Shown: piece after piece, positions 1 to 10,543 of the stretch
How the letters are laid out: every line of letters begins with the position of its first letter
Position numbering within the stretch: the first letter of the stretch is position 1
Source: an uncultured virus (IMG/VR IMGVR_UViG_3300028809_000010)
Lineage: Duplodnaviria > Heunggongvirae > Uroviricota > Caudoviricetes
IMG/VR virus record: IMGVR_UViG_3300028809_000010
DNA: 64,000 nucleotides
Direction: 5' to 3' (one strand)
Made by a program: the position numbers and the translations under genes
Notes under the pieces: model-generated
Told to the model about the DNA's origin: nothing
Databases searched by the model: none
Seen by the model: the letters and a program-made list of their open reading frames with translations, nothing else

Positions 1-198
1 GCCTGGGTCACCGGAGCCCCCGCCGTCCAGTCGGCCCCGGCCGCTCAGGCGGCGGCTCCGGTGACCCAGGCGGCTCAGCCCGTCGACGTCACCAATCTCA
101 AGACCCTGGCACAGGCGATGTTCGACCAGGGTGTCCCGATCCAGGAATCGGTCAAGGCCCAGCTGCGGGCTGCCGGAGTAGCTGTCCCCGGCGAGTAG
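1..198 (+). CDS. 3' end of an upstream gene (Ala/Pro-rich C-terminus), partial
   Basis: Frame 1 is open from the window edge (AWVTGAPAVQSAPAAQAAAP...) to TAG at 196-198. Confidence 0.6.
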   Translation, partial: AWVTGAPAVQSAPAAQAAAPVTQAAQPVDVTNLKTLAQAMFDQGVPIQESVKAQLRAAGVAVPGE

Positions 199-288
199 CA
201 AGGTAGCCCCGGAATCGCTTGAGGCGACGCAGATTCGCGACCTGTCCGGGGCGCAACACATTCTCAACCAATCTTCTAGGAGGCCGAG

Positions 289-531
289 TTGCTGGCTGTC
301 TTGATCGTGCTCTTGATCGTGATCGTCCTTTTCGTCGGCCCGGCCCAATTCGATTCCGTTCTGGAGTCCTGGGACGGGCATCGGCAGCGCAAGACCAACC
401 GGGTGAAGGAGGAGGTCGAATTGGCCAGCAGTCACGGCGGATTCGGGTTCCAGTTCCCGAGCGAGGTCGAACTCGATCCCGAGGAAGAAGACGAAGAGGA
501 ATGGGAGGAAGAAGATGACAAGCGACGCTGA
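289..531 (+). CDS. Small membrane protein with acidic tail
   Basis: Hydrophobic N-terminus LAVLIVLLIVIVLFVG; AGGAGG RBS upstream. Confidence 0.6.
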   Translation: MLAVLIVLLIVIVLFVGPAQFDSVLESWDGHRQRKTNRVKEEVELASSHGGFGFQFPSEVELDPEEEDEEEWEEEDDKRR

Positions 532-748
532 TCTGGAACGGGCCGCCGCGAACACCCGCTGGCAAAAAGGCGATCTCCGCAACGGCTCATTCCGGAACAA
601 CCTGAACATCAACGACATCCAGGCCCCGGCAGTGACGGAAGAGCAAGTCCGGTCCGTCGGGGTGGCCGCTGCTCGATACGCCATCGACAGCCAGCTGGAG
701 CGCGACGAACTGGCCGAGCTGCTGAAGATGATCGGAGTCGGGTCGTGA
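515..748 (+). CDS. Hypothetical protein
   Basis: RBS present; overlaps its neighbours in the operon. Confidence 0.55.
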   Translation: MTSDADLERAAANTRWQKGDLRNGSFRNNLNINDIQAPAVTEEQVRSVGVAAARYAIDSQLERDELAELLKMIGVGS

Positions 749-1095
749 CGCCGGAAGAGCTGGCCGCCTACATCGTCGAGTGCCTCGAGGACCAAGGCGT
801 GTATGTCGAGGACGGCAATGGTCTTGACGAGGTTCAGATCTGCGGCTGGGTCGACCTGAAGCAAGTGGCCGTCGAGATCCTGGCACGAATCGACAAGGGC
901 CGATGAGAAAACTCGGCGGCGTCGTCTGCGATAACTGCCGGACTCTAACGCCCGTTCATAGAACCCCCGGTTGGATCTACCTACAAGTCAAGTCTGAATT
1001 GCCAAGCACCGACCTTGTATTCGACTTCTGCTCGTACTCCTGCCTCCGGGAATTCACCGCCCATTACCAGACACTGACCATCTGAAGGAAATGAC

Positions 1096-1656
1096 ATGCC
1101 TTTCGAATTCAAGCCCTGGCCGAAGACCCCCCGCCTGTTCCGCGAGGTCGTCATCACCGAGAAGATCGACGGGACCAACGGCGCCATCCACGTCTCCGAT
1201 GACGGCCTGGAAGTCGGCGCGCAATCCCGGAACCGGCTGATCACCCCCGACGACGACAACTTCGGCTTTGCCCGCTGGGTCTACGACAACGCCGGTGCTC
1301 TCGCCGACACTCTCGGCCCCGGAGTCCACTACGGCGAATGGTGGGGCTCGAAGATCGGTCGCGGTTACGGACTCACCAACGGCGAGCGACGGTTCAGCCT
1401 GTTCAACACCGCCCGCTGGGATGAGCTGTCCGTGGAGGGAGTGGACAGCCTCTCGGTGGTGCCGGTGATCTACGACCTCGCCAAGTTCGACAGGGCCTAC
1501 GTGAACCTGGCGATCGACGGCCTCCGCGAATACGGCTCGTTGGCAGCACCCGGATTCATGAACCCCGAGGGCATCATCGTCTACCACAAGGCGTCGCGGC
1601 AGGTCTTCAAGGCCACCCTCGACAACGACGGTCAGCCGAAGTCACTGGTGTCATGA
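1096..1656 (+). CDS. RNA ligase (Rnl2-like nucleotidyltransferase domain only)
   Basis: Motif I TEKIDGTN, plus QSRNR, YGEWWG and PEGIIV motifs. Confidence 0.85.
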   Translation: MPFEFKPWPKTPRLFREVVITEKIDGTNGAIHVSDDGLEVGAQSRNRLITPDDDNFGFARWVYDNAGALADTLGPGVHYGEWWGSKIGRGYGLTNGERRFSLFNTARWDELSVEGVDSLSVVPVIYDLAKFDRAYVNLAIDGLREYGSLAAPGFMNPEGIIVYHKASRQVFKATLDNDGQPKSLVS

Positions 1657-1880
1657 ATGCCGTCTGCCCGAAGTGCGGTGAGCCGGTGTCGACGGCGCTG
1701 CTGAAGGGGAACCAGCTGGTTCTGCTAAGCCCTGAATCGCGCACCGACGGAACAGTATTGGCCATCGACGGCCGCGCCACATTCCTCGACGGACCCCTTC
1801 TCGTAGAAGCCCGGCGTCGGAACATGCCCCTCTACACAAGACATGGAGTTACCTGCCGTGGATTCTGGATCACGCTCTGA
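1653..1880 (+). CDS. Small Zn-binding hypothetical protein
   Basis: CPKC...H...C; ATGA overlap with the ligase. Confidence 0.5.
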   Translation: MNAVCPKCGEPVSTALLKGNQLVLLSPESRTDGTVLAIDGRATFLDGPLLVEARRRNMPLYTRHGVTCRGFWITL

Positions 1881-2793
1881 CGAAGACATCTGGGAAGTCG
1901 CCGAGGAGATCTACAAGCGACTGAAGAAGGTCGAGGGCGGATGTTACACCCGGTACTGGGATCTGGTTGAACACCCGGTCCCCGCTCACTCGAGTCGACT
2001 CGTCCGGGATGCAGCCTGGAAGCTCTTGAGGGGGGAAGGCTACATCAAGCGGGGGGCGCGTGTACCCGGCGGCGAGGAGTACTTCGTCACGACCGGCAAG
2101 CCCCTCTCGAAGCCGCGTAAGTGCATCGTCAGGGGTTGCGTGAACCGAGAGGGCGATGGCCAGATGAGTGGCGCCCTGTGCAGCCCGTGCTATTCAATGC
2201 TGACGAAGGGCGAGATCGTCCAGACGACTTCGTTTCTCGGTGACATGCACGAGGAGCTGAAGAAGCTTCGCCACGAAGAAGCTGTCCGAGCGGCAAGGAA
2301 GGCTCGGGAGTTCCACGAAGGTCGCCCTGCTCGCAACCCTCCATCTGGTGGCGCGGGCGAGACGAAGGCCAGGGGTGCCGACTCGATCAGCCCCGAACGA
2401 CTCTCCTCTGGGGTAGGGCGCCTCCTTATTGACGCATACGACGCGGCAATCGAGCTCGGGGAGGTCCGCGAAACCAGCTCCACCGGCGGACAGAAAGGCC
2501 GAAAGCCGCAGCGGTACGCCTTGGTTCCGCCGGAGGCCGAGGACGTCATCGCCCGGGTCTACGGATGGGGTGCCCAGAAGTACTCGGAAGACAACTGGCG
2601 CAAAGGCTATGCGTGGTCGCTGTCGTACGAAGCACTGCGACGACACATCAACGCGTTCAAAGCCGGGGAAGAGCTTGACCCCCAATCCGGGCTACCCCAC
2701 CTCGGCCACGCGGCATTCCATATCAACACACTGCTCGTCTACTCGGGTGATCTCGAGAAGTACGGGCAATTCGACGACAGGCCGAAACTGTGA
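1843..2793 (+). CDS. dATP/dGTP diphosphohydrolase (DUF5664-like) C-terminal domain fused to unknown N-terminal domains
   Basis: GGQKGRK...GAQKYSEDNWRKG...RH...DPQSGLPHLGHAAF signature. Confidence 0.8.
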   Translation: MELPAVDSGSRSDEDIWEVAEEIYKRLKKVEGGCYTRYWDLVEHPVPAHSSRLVRDAAWKLLRGEGYIKRGARVPGGEEYFVTTGKPLSKPRKCIVRGCVNREGDGQMSGALCSPCYSMLTKGEIVQTTSFLGDMHEELKKLRHEEAVRAARKAREFHEGRPARNPPSGGAGETKARGADSISPERLSSGVGRLLIDAYDAAIELGEVRETSSTGGQKGRKPQRYALVPPEAEDVIARVYGWGAQKYSEDNWRKGYAWSLSYEALRRHINAFKAGEELDPQSGLPHLGHAAFHINTLLVYSGDLEKYGQFDDRPKL

Positions 2794-3125
2794 AGACAGC
2801 CAAGGAATATCTCATCGACGGACTGATCCGGCTCGATAACGGCGACCGCTGGATCAAGGGCGAACTGTCGCGGTACATCGACAGCAAGCGCTGCTGGTGT
2901 GCAATCGGCGCTCTGGTTGAGGGGGACGGGGGAGACAGCGAAGAGTACGACCAGCGCTGCCTCGCCAACGAAGCCCTGGGGCGTGCGGCCGAAGAACTGT
3001 TTCCGCATCGGACGCCGGGCGGGATGGTCGCCGCCGCCAACTTCAACGACCACGCAGACACCACCTTCGACGACGTGAAGAAGGTCTACGAGCTGGCGAT
3101 CAAGAGGGCAGGAGAAGATCAGTGA
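2790..3125 (+). CDS. DUF6197-like phage protein
   Basis: WIKG...CWCAIGAL...FND...DVKKVYELAI pattern. Confidence 0.65.
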   Translation: MKTAKEYLIDGLIRLDNGDRWIKGELSRYIDSKRCWCAIGALVEGDGGDSEEYDQRCLANEALGRAAEELFPHRTPGGMVAAANFNDHADTTFDDVKKVYELAIKRAGEDQ

Positions 3126-3433
3126 ACGAAGTACAGACCACGCTGAAGAAGGCCCTGGAGTTGCTGGGGCCGAATGGCGAGAACTGGATCAAAGGCCGCG
3201 CCTGGGAGTACAGGAAGGACAACTCCAAGGCGTACTGCTCGGACGGTGCGCTCAATGAGGCCGCGCGCAACACAGATCAGTATTTCAAGGCCGCGCACGC
3301 TTTGGAGAAGGCCATGCCGACGCACCCCCAGCAGGTGAACTATGTCTTTCTCAACGACAAAGCCGACACCGAATTCAGCCAGATCAAGCGCCTTTTCGAA
3401 ACAGCAATCGAGAAGGCGGCGGAGGAACAATGA
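3122..3433 (+). CDS. DUF6197-like phage protein (tandem paralogue)
   Basis: WIKG...YCSDGAL...ND...IKRLFETAI pattern. Confidence 0.65.
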   Translation: MNEVQTTLKKALELLGPNGENWIKGRAWEYRKDNSKAYCSDGALNEAARNTDQYFKAAHALEKAMPTHPQQVNYVFLNDKADTEFSQIKRLFETAIEKAAEEQ

Positions 3434-3666
3434 ATGACACCTGGTATGCGCTGGGCACCAATCCCTATCAGCAGAAGCACGAACCGCAACGACGGAAGCA
3501 GCTGCTGATCTTCCTGATCCTGCTGCTGGTGATGTCGGGGATTGCCGGGCTGACCGTCGTGTTCGCGGCCATCGCCTACTACGCGCCGTGGGTCCTCGTT
3601 GCTATCGGCGTCGGGGTGTTCCTGCGTTGGACGTGGCGACTGGCGGGGGAAGCGAGCAGGTCGTGA
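3430..3666 (+). CDS. Two-TM membrane protein
   Basis: Two long hydrophobic stretches; ATGA overlap. Confidence 0.6.
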   Translation: MNDTWYALGTNPYQQKHEPQRRKQLLIFLILLLVMSGIAGLTVVFAAIAYYAPWVLVAIGVGVFLRWTWRLAGEASRS

Positions 3667-4120
3667 ACGGGGCCGAGATCCTGATCTGCCGGGAGTGCGG
3701 TGCCTACGTCGACGACGCCGAGAAGCACGAGATGTGGCACCTGACGCTGACGGACCTGGTGAATCGCTCGTTGCCGTGGAAGCACAAGGGCGAGTGATGA
3801 ATCGACAAGCGCTCACCAGGTTGCTGATGCGGCACTTCCTGCTGCCCGACCTGTACCCCCGCCCCCATGAATGCGGTTGCGGCAGGCGGTTCTATTCGCT
3901 CCAGCAGTGGGCCGAGCACGTCACCGATGCCATCTACCCGAGGAGCTGAGATGTGCTGGGCGGAAATCCATTTCGTGCGGCTGGTGAAGATCACCCTCGA
4001 CGACGATCATCCGCTCGTTCCCCCGATCACCGTGGGCCGGTGCCAGCTCCACCAGAGTCACTGGCCGATGCAGCCGCATTTCCACTACGACGAAGAAGGC
4101 GAGCGATCCTACGAATGGGG

Positions 4121-4477
4121 ATGAAGAATTGGCTCCGGCGCCTCGGCCAGAAGCTGGGGCTGATGGAGGAACCTTACGCGGGGTGGTTTCCTCTTCACGG
4201 TCCACCCGAGCCCCCTGCCAGCCGGAAAACGGTCCTGCGCGACTGCTACATCTCGATCAACGGCGTCGACTTATCGGATCACATCAGCTCCGTCGAACTG
4301 ACAACGGCGCCGCCAGAAATCGACGAGGAGCCGCTGCGCTGGGCGGATAAGGAATACACCTGGACGACCGGCAGCTTTACCGTGCCCAGCTGGTGGTGGG
4401 ACGAGTTGTTCGCCGAGCCGCAACCCGACACCGACACCCAGCGTCTCGACACTGACTACGACAGGACATTCGAATGA
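4121..4477 (+). CDS. Protein containing a segment homologous to the major tail protein N-terminus
   Basis: KTVLRDCYISINGVDLSDHISSVEL matches KFVLRNCFIEINGVDLSDHISSVEV of 38741..39157 at 20 of 25 residues. Confidence 0.7.
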   Translation: MKNWLRRLGQKLGLMEEPYAGWFPLHGPPEPPASRKTVLRDCYISINGVDLSDHISSVELTTAPPEIDEEPLRWADKEYTWTTGSFTVPSWWWDELFAEPQPDTDTQRLDTDYDRTFE

Positions 4478-4789
4478 AAAAGCAGGTGGTCCACGCAGCG
4501 GTCTACGAGTTCGCCCTTCACCAAGACAGCACAGGGCACATTCCGGTGCGAGGGCATGGCCGGTACATCCAGTGCGAAGACTGCCGCTTTGTCGTCGATC
4601 TCAAAACCGGGCAGGCGGTCGAGGAATGAGCGGATTCTGGCTGACCCGAGACCACGTGAAAGTCCAGTGGTTCGAACGCGAAACCGACGCACTCAACAAC
4701 ATGAACGTCCGGAAACTCGGTGACTGGACGGCCAACCGGTTCCACTGGTGGGAAGTAGTCCCCGGCGGGCCACAAAGCGAGGAAAGCGA

Positions 4790-5299
4790 ATGAAGGTCTA
4801 CCTGACCGGTCGATACGACTACGAGGAATACACAAGAGGGCCGACCTTCCTGGAGGAGGAACACGCCCGGAAGTACTGCTCGGCCAACGACTTCTACGAT
4901 TACGAGGAAGTCGAAACCGAAGGCGACCCCGGGGATCTGTACACGCGGTACATCGCCGTCGCCAAGCTCTACCATCCCAACACGATGACGTACGAAAATG
5001 CCGACAGCGGATATCACTGGGGTCTGCAAGGGACGATCCACACCGACCTGACCAAGACCAAACAGGAACTGCTCGAGTATCAGCGCCACTCGTTCGAGCC
5101 GTACACCGTCGGAGACACCGAAGAGGTCCAGGAAGGTCAGGCTAGTGACAGCTACTACGGCATCGGCTTGGTTTACGAAGTCGGCCGCGTCCTCCGGGTC
5201 AAAACCGAGTCGAATTACGAAGAGCGAGCCCGGGTTCGGCGTGACGAACTCATCCGGCAGTGGCTGGCCGACCATCCCGAGATCGAGGTGACCGAATGA
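4790..5299 (+). CDS. Hypothetical protein
   Basis: RBS, coupled overlaps, typical codon usage. Confidence 0.6.
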   Translation: MKVYLTGRYDYEEYTRGPTFLEEEHARKYCSANDFYDYEEVETEGDPGDLYTRYIAVAKLYHPNTMTYENADSGYHWGLQGTIHTDLTKTKQELLEYQRHSFEPYTVGDTEEVQEGQASDSYYGIGLVYEVGRVLRVKTESNYEERARVRRDELIRQWLADHPEIEVTE

Positions 5300-5877
5300 A
5301 GAAGACTCTCACCATCGCCGGGCACGAGTTCGACGACTTCGAAGTGATCAGCGTCCGCGCCGCAGAGGGGCAGATGTGGCTGTGGCCCGACACGTCCATC
5401 TTCGACCTGACCCGGGCCAACGAACTTCTGCGCCCGCTCGACGACGCACCTGAGCCGTTCCGTGTGGTCACGCCCGCCGGTTACCGATACGACTGCAAGG
5501 TCCACAAATTCGGGTTGCCGTGGGGAGGGCCGCTCGGCGAACTGACGGCGATGGTCTTGGACGTTGTTGCCGAGTTGGGACCGGAGAGCTGATGCCGGGT
5601 CTGGTCTGCGGGGAATGCGGCGACAAGATCCGGCCCGACGACGACGCTGTGGAGCTCGCCTCGAATTGGTGGGTCCACGCGGAATGCTTTATCGAACAAG
5701 GAGATTAGGGATGGCGGAACAACTTGCTTTGAAGGTCACTCCCGATGAGGGGCTGAGCATAACCTTCGACGTTCGGGTGGAGACGTTGCTGGCCCTGGTT
5801 GGAGAGAACTGGGACGAAGGGACGCAGCTCCGGATCATCACACGGCCGGGCTGGATCGAAGTCCGGAAGGTGGACGA

Positions 5878-6189
5878 ATGAAGCTGAAGCTGGCGCTACT
5901 GGGCGCACTGTTCCTGGCGTTGGTCGGATGCTCTTCGGGGCCTCCGGCCGATTTCGTTTCGGGGACCGTCATCGGCAAGGACTACATCGCCGAGTCCTGG
6001 ATCTCCGTGCCGATCTCCTGCGGAACGAACTGCACCACCTACACCCAGATCTACAGCCCCGCCTCCTATCTGATCCATGTGGGGTGGTGCGACGACGGTT
6101 GCTCGACAGCGGACATTGCCGTCGAAGCAGTCGCCTACGAGCAGATCCAGATCGGCGACACCTACCCCCGGGAAGGACGTGCGGGGTGA
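5878..6189 (+). CDS. Lipoprotein
   Basis: Signal peptide MKLKLALLGALFLALVGC ending in a lipobox. Confidence 0.7.
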   Translation: MKLKLALLGALFLALVGCSSGPPADFVSGTVIGKDYIAESWISVPISCGTNCTTYTQIYSPASYLIHVGWCDDGCSTADIAVEAVAYEQIQIGDTYPREGRAG

Positions 6190-6661
6190 CTCTCTCGGAT
6201 CTTATGCAGGAGTGGCTGTTCCAGTCTTCGGACTCCATCAGGCTGACGGCTCAGATCGAATACAGCTACGGCCGCAAGGAAGGAAAGCTGGTCGACGTCA
6301 CCGGGCTTGATCTCTACAAATTCACCAGACTCGTCCGGGATCACTACATCCGGGAGGGGCGGTTGCCCGAATGAAGAAGCTCTTGGTGAAGATCATCGGC
6401 CCGATCGACGACTGGGGTCATCAGCACGGCTTCGTCCCCATCTGGGTCTGCTGGGTCCACGAGTGGCTCTGGTCGGGGCGGTGGAAGCGGTGAGCGGACC
6501 GGCCAAGTGGATCGGCAGCATAGAAGATGAGATTTGGGTCTGCGTCACCCACCGGCGCTTCCTGCCCTGCCGTCCCTGTCGGCGCATCGACATCGGCTCC
6601 CACTGGTCCTGCAACCCCCAGGAAGTCGAGAAGGTCCGGCAGTACCAGCAAGGGGGTGCCG

Positions 6662-7000
6662 ATGGATGATCTGCCCGTCTGGACGCGAACACCCGAGGCG
6701 GACAAGAGGATTCGCGAGTTGTCCCTGCCGCCTCGGCTGCGCATGAAGACCCAGAAGATGCGGGACCTGAGGGATGCCGTCGCCGGGTACAAAGCCCTCG
6801 ACGACTCCGCCCATGCCGGGATGTCCCCAGTCGGCGTCGACGCCCTCGCCTACCTCGAGCTGCTGCGCAAGCGGTCCAACGCTCGAGGTCAGCTGGCCCA
6901 GGTCATCGAAGAACTCGAATCGGATATGCCTTCAGCTCACGCCCAGGAGGCTCGACGCGCCGGGGAGGAGTTGTACCGGCTGCAAGTCAAGAAGAGGTGA
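6662..7000 (+). CDS. Hypothetical protein
   Basis: RBS present; in operon before WhiB. Confidence 0.55.
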   Translation: MDDLPVWTRTPEADKRIRELSLPPRLRMKTQKMRDLRDAVAGYKALDDSAHAGMSPVGVDALAYLELLRKRSNARGQLAQVIEELESDMPSAHAQEARRAGEELYRLQVKKR

Positions 7001-7006
7001 AAGTCA

Positions 7007-7534
7007 TTGAGTATCAACGATTCCTGGGAAGCGGGGGCGAAGTGCAGGGGCTGGGATGTCAACCTGTTCGACCCGGACACCTGGAAGCAGCAAGGCGACA
7101 ACCCCAACCAGGCCGCGCGAGCTCTGTGTGAGGGATGCCCGGTGATGCGACAGTGCGCGGAGCAGGCGATCAAGTCCAACGCCACCGGAGTGATCCGAGC
7201 CGGAGCCTGCCTGCACCAGTCCACCAGTAACCCCCGCAGGCACGACCGCTTGCACTTTCTGATCGAGCACGGACGTCACGCCGGACCCGGAGAACTGGCC
7301 GCCTACCGGCACAGCGCCGAGATGGCCCGCATCCAGCCGGACAGCAAGTTCGCCCCGGGGATGCACCTCGCTGGACCGGGGGTGGGACCGGGAGCGGAGG
7401 AAGAGGTGGTCGAGCAGCACCGCGAGCTGTCCCAGATGGGGTTGACCGGGCCGGAGATCGCAGTGAAGCTCAACGTCCCCCTCCACACCGTCCACTACCT
7501 GAACCGGCGGCTGAAGAAGCGTGAGGCGGCATGA
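7007..7534 (+). CDS. WhiB-family transcription factor with additional C-terminal HTH
   Basis: AKCRG...ARALCEGCPVMRQC...GVIRAG; C-terminal GLTGPEIAVKLNVPLHTV. Confidence 0.8.
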   Translation: MSINDSWEAGAKCRGWDVNLFDPDTWKQQGDNPNQAARALCEGCPVMRQCAEQAIKSNATGVIRAGACLHQSTSNPRRHDRLHFLIEHGRHAGPGELAAYRHSAEMARIQPDSKFAPGMHLAGPGVGPGAEEEVVEQHRELSQMGLTGPEIAVKLNVPLHTVHYLNRRLKKREAA

Positions 7535-9777
7535 GCGGATACGCATCGGCGGCCGGAGAGTACTGGGCCAAGTCCTGGCGGGGAGTGTTGCCGCTGCCTC
7601 CGTCGAAGAAGTTCCCCCCACCTGTCGGCACCACCGGCCACGACGGCTACTACCCGAGCTGGCCGGACATCCAGGCATGGTCGGAGCAGACGCCGGATGC
7701 CAACCTGGGCCTGCGCCTGCCGAACACCGTCGTAGGAGTGGACGTCGACGCCTACAACGGCAAGACCGGCGGCCAGACCCTCGCCGAAGCCGAACGACGC
7801 TGGGGCGAGCTACCCCCGACCTGGCGTTCCACCTCCCGCAATGACGGCGTCTCCGGTATCCGGCTCTACCGCGTCCAGGCCGGGCTCGAGTTCGACACGA
7901 AGATCGGGTTCCCGGAGCTGGGCCTGGGGCATATCGAGGTCTGCCAGTTCTTCCACCGGTATGTGGTCGCCTGGCCGTCCATCCACGACGAGACCGGCCG
8001 GACCTACCGCTGGCTCGACCACGCCGGGATGGAGTCGGACATCCCCAGAGAGGGACATCTGCCGTACCTGCCGCAGCAGTGGGTGCAGGCTCTCGCGCGG
8101 GAGTCGGCCGGGCCGTTGTCGTCGGCGGATGTGAAGGCGGCACTGGCGGGACTGACCCAGGGGCCGCTGTCGCCGTCGGTACAGAAGGTCTTGGCGAGGG
8201 CGCTGATGGATCTCACCGGCAACCCCGAGTCCCGGCACGACACCACCCTGCATCACGTCTTCGACCTCCTGCGCGAGTCGGAGAAGGGCGAGTCCGGGGT
8301 GCAGACGGCCCTGGAGCAACTGCGGGCGGCATTCGTCAGGGTCGTCGGCAAGGACCGGGGTGAGCAGGCTGCCGCTGCGGAGTTCGACCGGATGGTGGCG
8401 GGGCAGCGCGGGCACGATCTGATCGCCACGTACCCGTCCAACCAGGGTCTGCTCGGGGCGCCGCCGAAGTCCCGGGTGTCGGCCTACCTGCCGGAGGAGC
8501 ACGCCCAGACTCTCGAGGCGGTGAGGCCACAGGGCCCCGAGAGCTGGCAGGAGGACATCGGACAGGCATTCGACGCTTCACCTCCAATGCAGTCCTTTGT
8601 GGACGTCGAATACGACCCGATCTGGGACCTGATGGGGACGGAGCCGCCGAAGCCGTCGGGAGTGGACGAAGGGAACCGGACGTCGTGGGGACTGCTCGAC
8701 ATCGACCAGCTGCTGTCCGACGACACCGAGCCGGAGCTGCCGACCGTGCTGAGGATGGACGACGGCACCCCGCTGTTCTATCCCGGCCGGGTCAACGCAT
8801 TGGTCGGCGAACCGGAGTCGGCGAAGTCCTGGCTGGCCCAGCTGGCGTCGACTCAGGAGATCCGGGCTGCCTGCAAAGCCATCTACATCGACTTCGAGGA
8901 CATCGGCCGGAACATCGTGGCGCGACTCCGACTGCTGGGTGCCGACGACTCCGAGATCAGGGGTTCGTTCGGCGTCTCCAACCCGGACAGCCCCCTCGGC
9001 GCCGACGAGCAAGAGGAACTGTTCGCGGCGGTGGACGAGCTGATGCCGACGGTCATCGTGGTCGATGGAGTGAACGCGGCGATGGTTCTGCTCGGGCTGG
9101 ACCTGGAGAAGAACACCGATTGCACCCAGTTCCACCAGTTCCTGCTCAAGCCCCTCACTCGTCAGGGCGCGGCCGTCATCACCGTCGACCACGTCCCGAA
9201 GAACAAGATGGGCCGGGGTGGTTTCGCAATCGGCGCGCAGGCGAAGAAGGCGATGGTCGACGGGGCGATGCTCGGTGTCACCTGCAAGGTCCCGTTCGGC
9301 GAGGGGCGCCTGGGCGAGCTGGAGATCGTGGTCCTGAAAGACAAGATCGGCAAAGTAAGAAAGCTCGCCGAGAAGCGCGGGAACGACGATTACCTGGCGA
9401 CCGTGGAAATTGACGCCAGGCAGGAGGGCCGGGTCGTCATCTCCATTTGCAAGAAAGGTACCGGAAATGGCTCGGACGGAAATGGAATAAGCAAATCCGA
9501 CGCCAATCTGCTGTTCAAGATGGCCCGCGTCTCGGAATTCCTGGACCGCGCAGGACGAGAGGACGGACTTTCCTTCACCGCCATTTTCAAGGAGCTCAAA
9601 GGCGGGCGGGACGAGCTGGCGCGGGCGCTGACGGCACTGGAGGAGCGCGGGTCCATCGAGGTAGTGGACGGGCCTCGAGCGAGTCGTCTGCACCGCTTCG
9701 TCACGCGCTTCCAGCCGACCGATCTCGACCTCTTGGGTTCGCCGGAGAGCACGACTGATACGTCCGGTAGTGACTGA
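7531..9777 (+). CDS. Bifunctional DNA primase/polymerase fused to an AAA/RecA-like helicase
   Basis: Prim-pol motifs NLGLRL, VGVDVD and YVVAWPSIH; Walker A-like GEPESAKS, IYIDFED and IVVDG. Confidence 0.9.
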   Translation: MSGYASAAGEYWAKSWRGVLPLPPSKKFPPPVGTTGHDGYYPSWPDIQAWSEQTPDANLGLRLPNTVVGVDVDAYNGKTGGQTLAEAERRWGELPPTWRSTSRNDGVSGIRLYRVQAGLEFDTKIGFPELGLGHIEVCQFFHRYVVAWPSIHDETGRTYRWLDHAGMESDIPREGHLPYLPQQWVQALARESAGPLSSADVKAALAGLTQGPLSPSVQKVLARALMDLTGNPESRHDTTLHHVFDLLRESEKGESGVQTALEQLRAAFVRVVGKDRGEQAAAAEFDRMVAGQRGHDLIATYPSNQGLLGAPPKSRVSAYLPEEHAQTLEAVRPQGPESWQEDIGQAFDASPPMQSFVDVEYDPIWDLMGTEPPKPSGVDEGNRTSWGLLDIDQLLSDDTEPELPTVLRMDDGTPLFYPGRVNALVGEPESAKSWLAQLASTQEIRAACKAIYIDFEDIGRNIVARLRLLGADDSEIRGSFGVSNPDSPLGADEQEELFAAVDELMPTVIVVDGVNAAMVLLGLDLEKNTDCTQFHQFLLKPLTRQGAAVITVDHVPKNKMGRGGFAIGAQAKKAMVDGAMLGVTCKVPFGEGRLGELEIVVLKDKIGKVRKLAEKRGNDDYLATVEIDARQEGRVVISICKKGTGNGSDGNGISKSDANLLFKMARVSEFLDRAGREDGLSFTAIFKELKGGRDELARALTALEERGSIEVVDGPRASRLHRFVTRFQPTDLDLLGSPESTTDTSGSD

Positions 9778-9782
9778 TAAGG

Positions 9783-9925
9783 CCACCGATCCGATTCGAT
9801 CCGGATGGGTCAGTCGGATCGGTCGCAAAAGGTCCCATTTCCCGACCCGATATCCCCGAGCTGACTGAGCCGACCTACCCCCCCCTTTAGGGGGGTAGTC
9901 GGATCGGTCGGATCGGTCGGGTGGG
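9783..9925. repeat. Iteron-like GATCGG/CCGATC repeats with a central palindrome; candidate replication origin
   Basis: Several ggatcggtc/ccgatcc units and a CTACCCCC...GGGGGTAG palindrome directly after the prim-pol/helicase gene. Confidence 0.55.
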
Positions 9926-10342
9926 AGCCGCCTCGGATGACTGGATGAAAGGAGGCGGATTGAGCCCGGGTAAGCCGAAGCAATCCGGATCGGTCAGGAG
10001 GGTCAGCAATGCCCACAGGACGACCAAGCCGAAGCTCGCGTACTGCCACCACTGCAAGCGTCACGTACTGAGCGCTACCTACGACGCCCTCCCGCGAACC
10101 TTCGACCCGGTACCTCTGACTATGGAAGGTGAGCTGGCCTGCCTTCTGCGCGGAGAAGCAACGTGGTTTATCGCGGGCGGGCATTTATACAAAAGGAATT
10201 CCTGGGCGATCAAAACAAGTCCGCGCGGTCTCGGGGGAATGATCGTGCAACCCCACCACTGCGACCACCCCCAGCCGTCGGGCTCTCACGCGAATTGGCC
10301 GCAGCCGAAAAGCGACGACCCGGGATTCTAGAAAGGCCGAAT

Positions 10343-10543
10343 ATGTTTCAGGTTTCTACGGAAGACGGTCGGGTGTATCTCGATCAGGTTTCCCCCGCCC
10401 GCTCCATGAGTCCGTCCGAAGCGCGAAGTCTCGGCGAAGAGCTGATCGGATGGGCAGACGAGCTCGAGGTCCGCCAGCGCGTCCAGAGGATGGAAGAGCA
10501 GAGACGGATACGCGAGGAGAACAAGCTACGGAAGCGCCGATGA
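10343..10543 (+). CDS. Hypothetical protein
   Basis: GAAAGG RBS then MFQVSTEDG; ATGA overlap with Endo VII. Confidence 0.55.
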   Translation: MFQVSTEDGRVYLDQVSPARSMSPSEARSLGEELIGWADELEVRQRVQRMEEQRRIREENKLRKRR

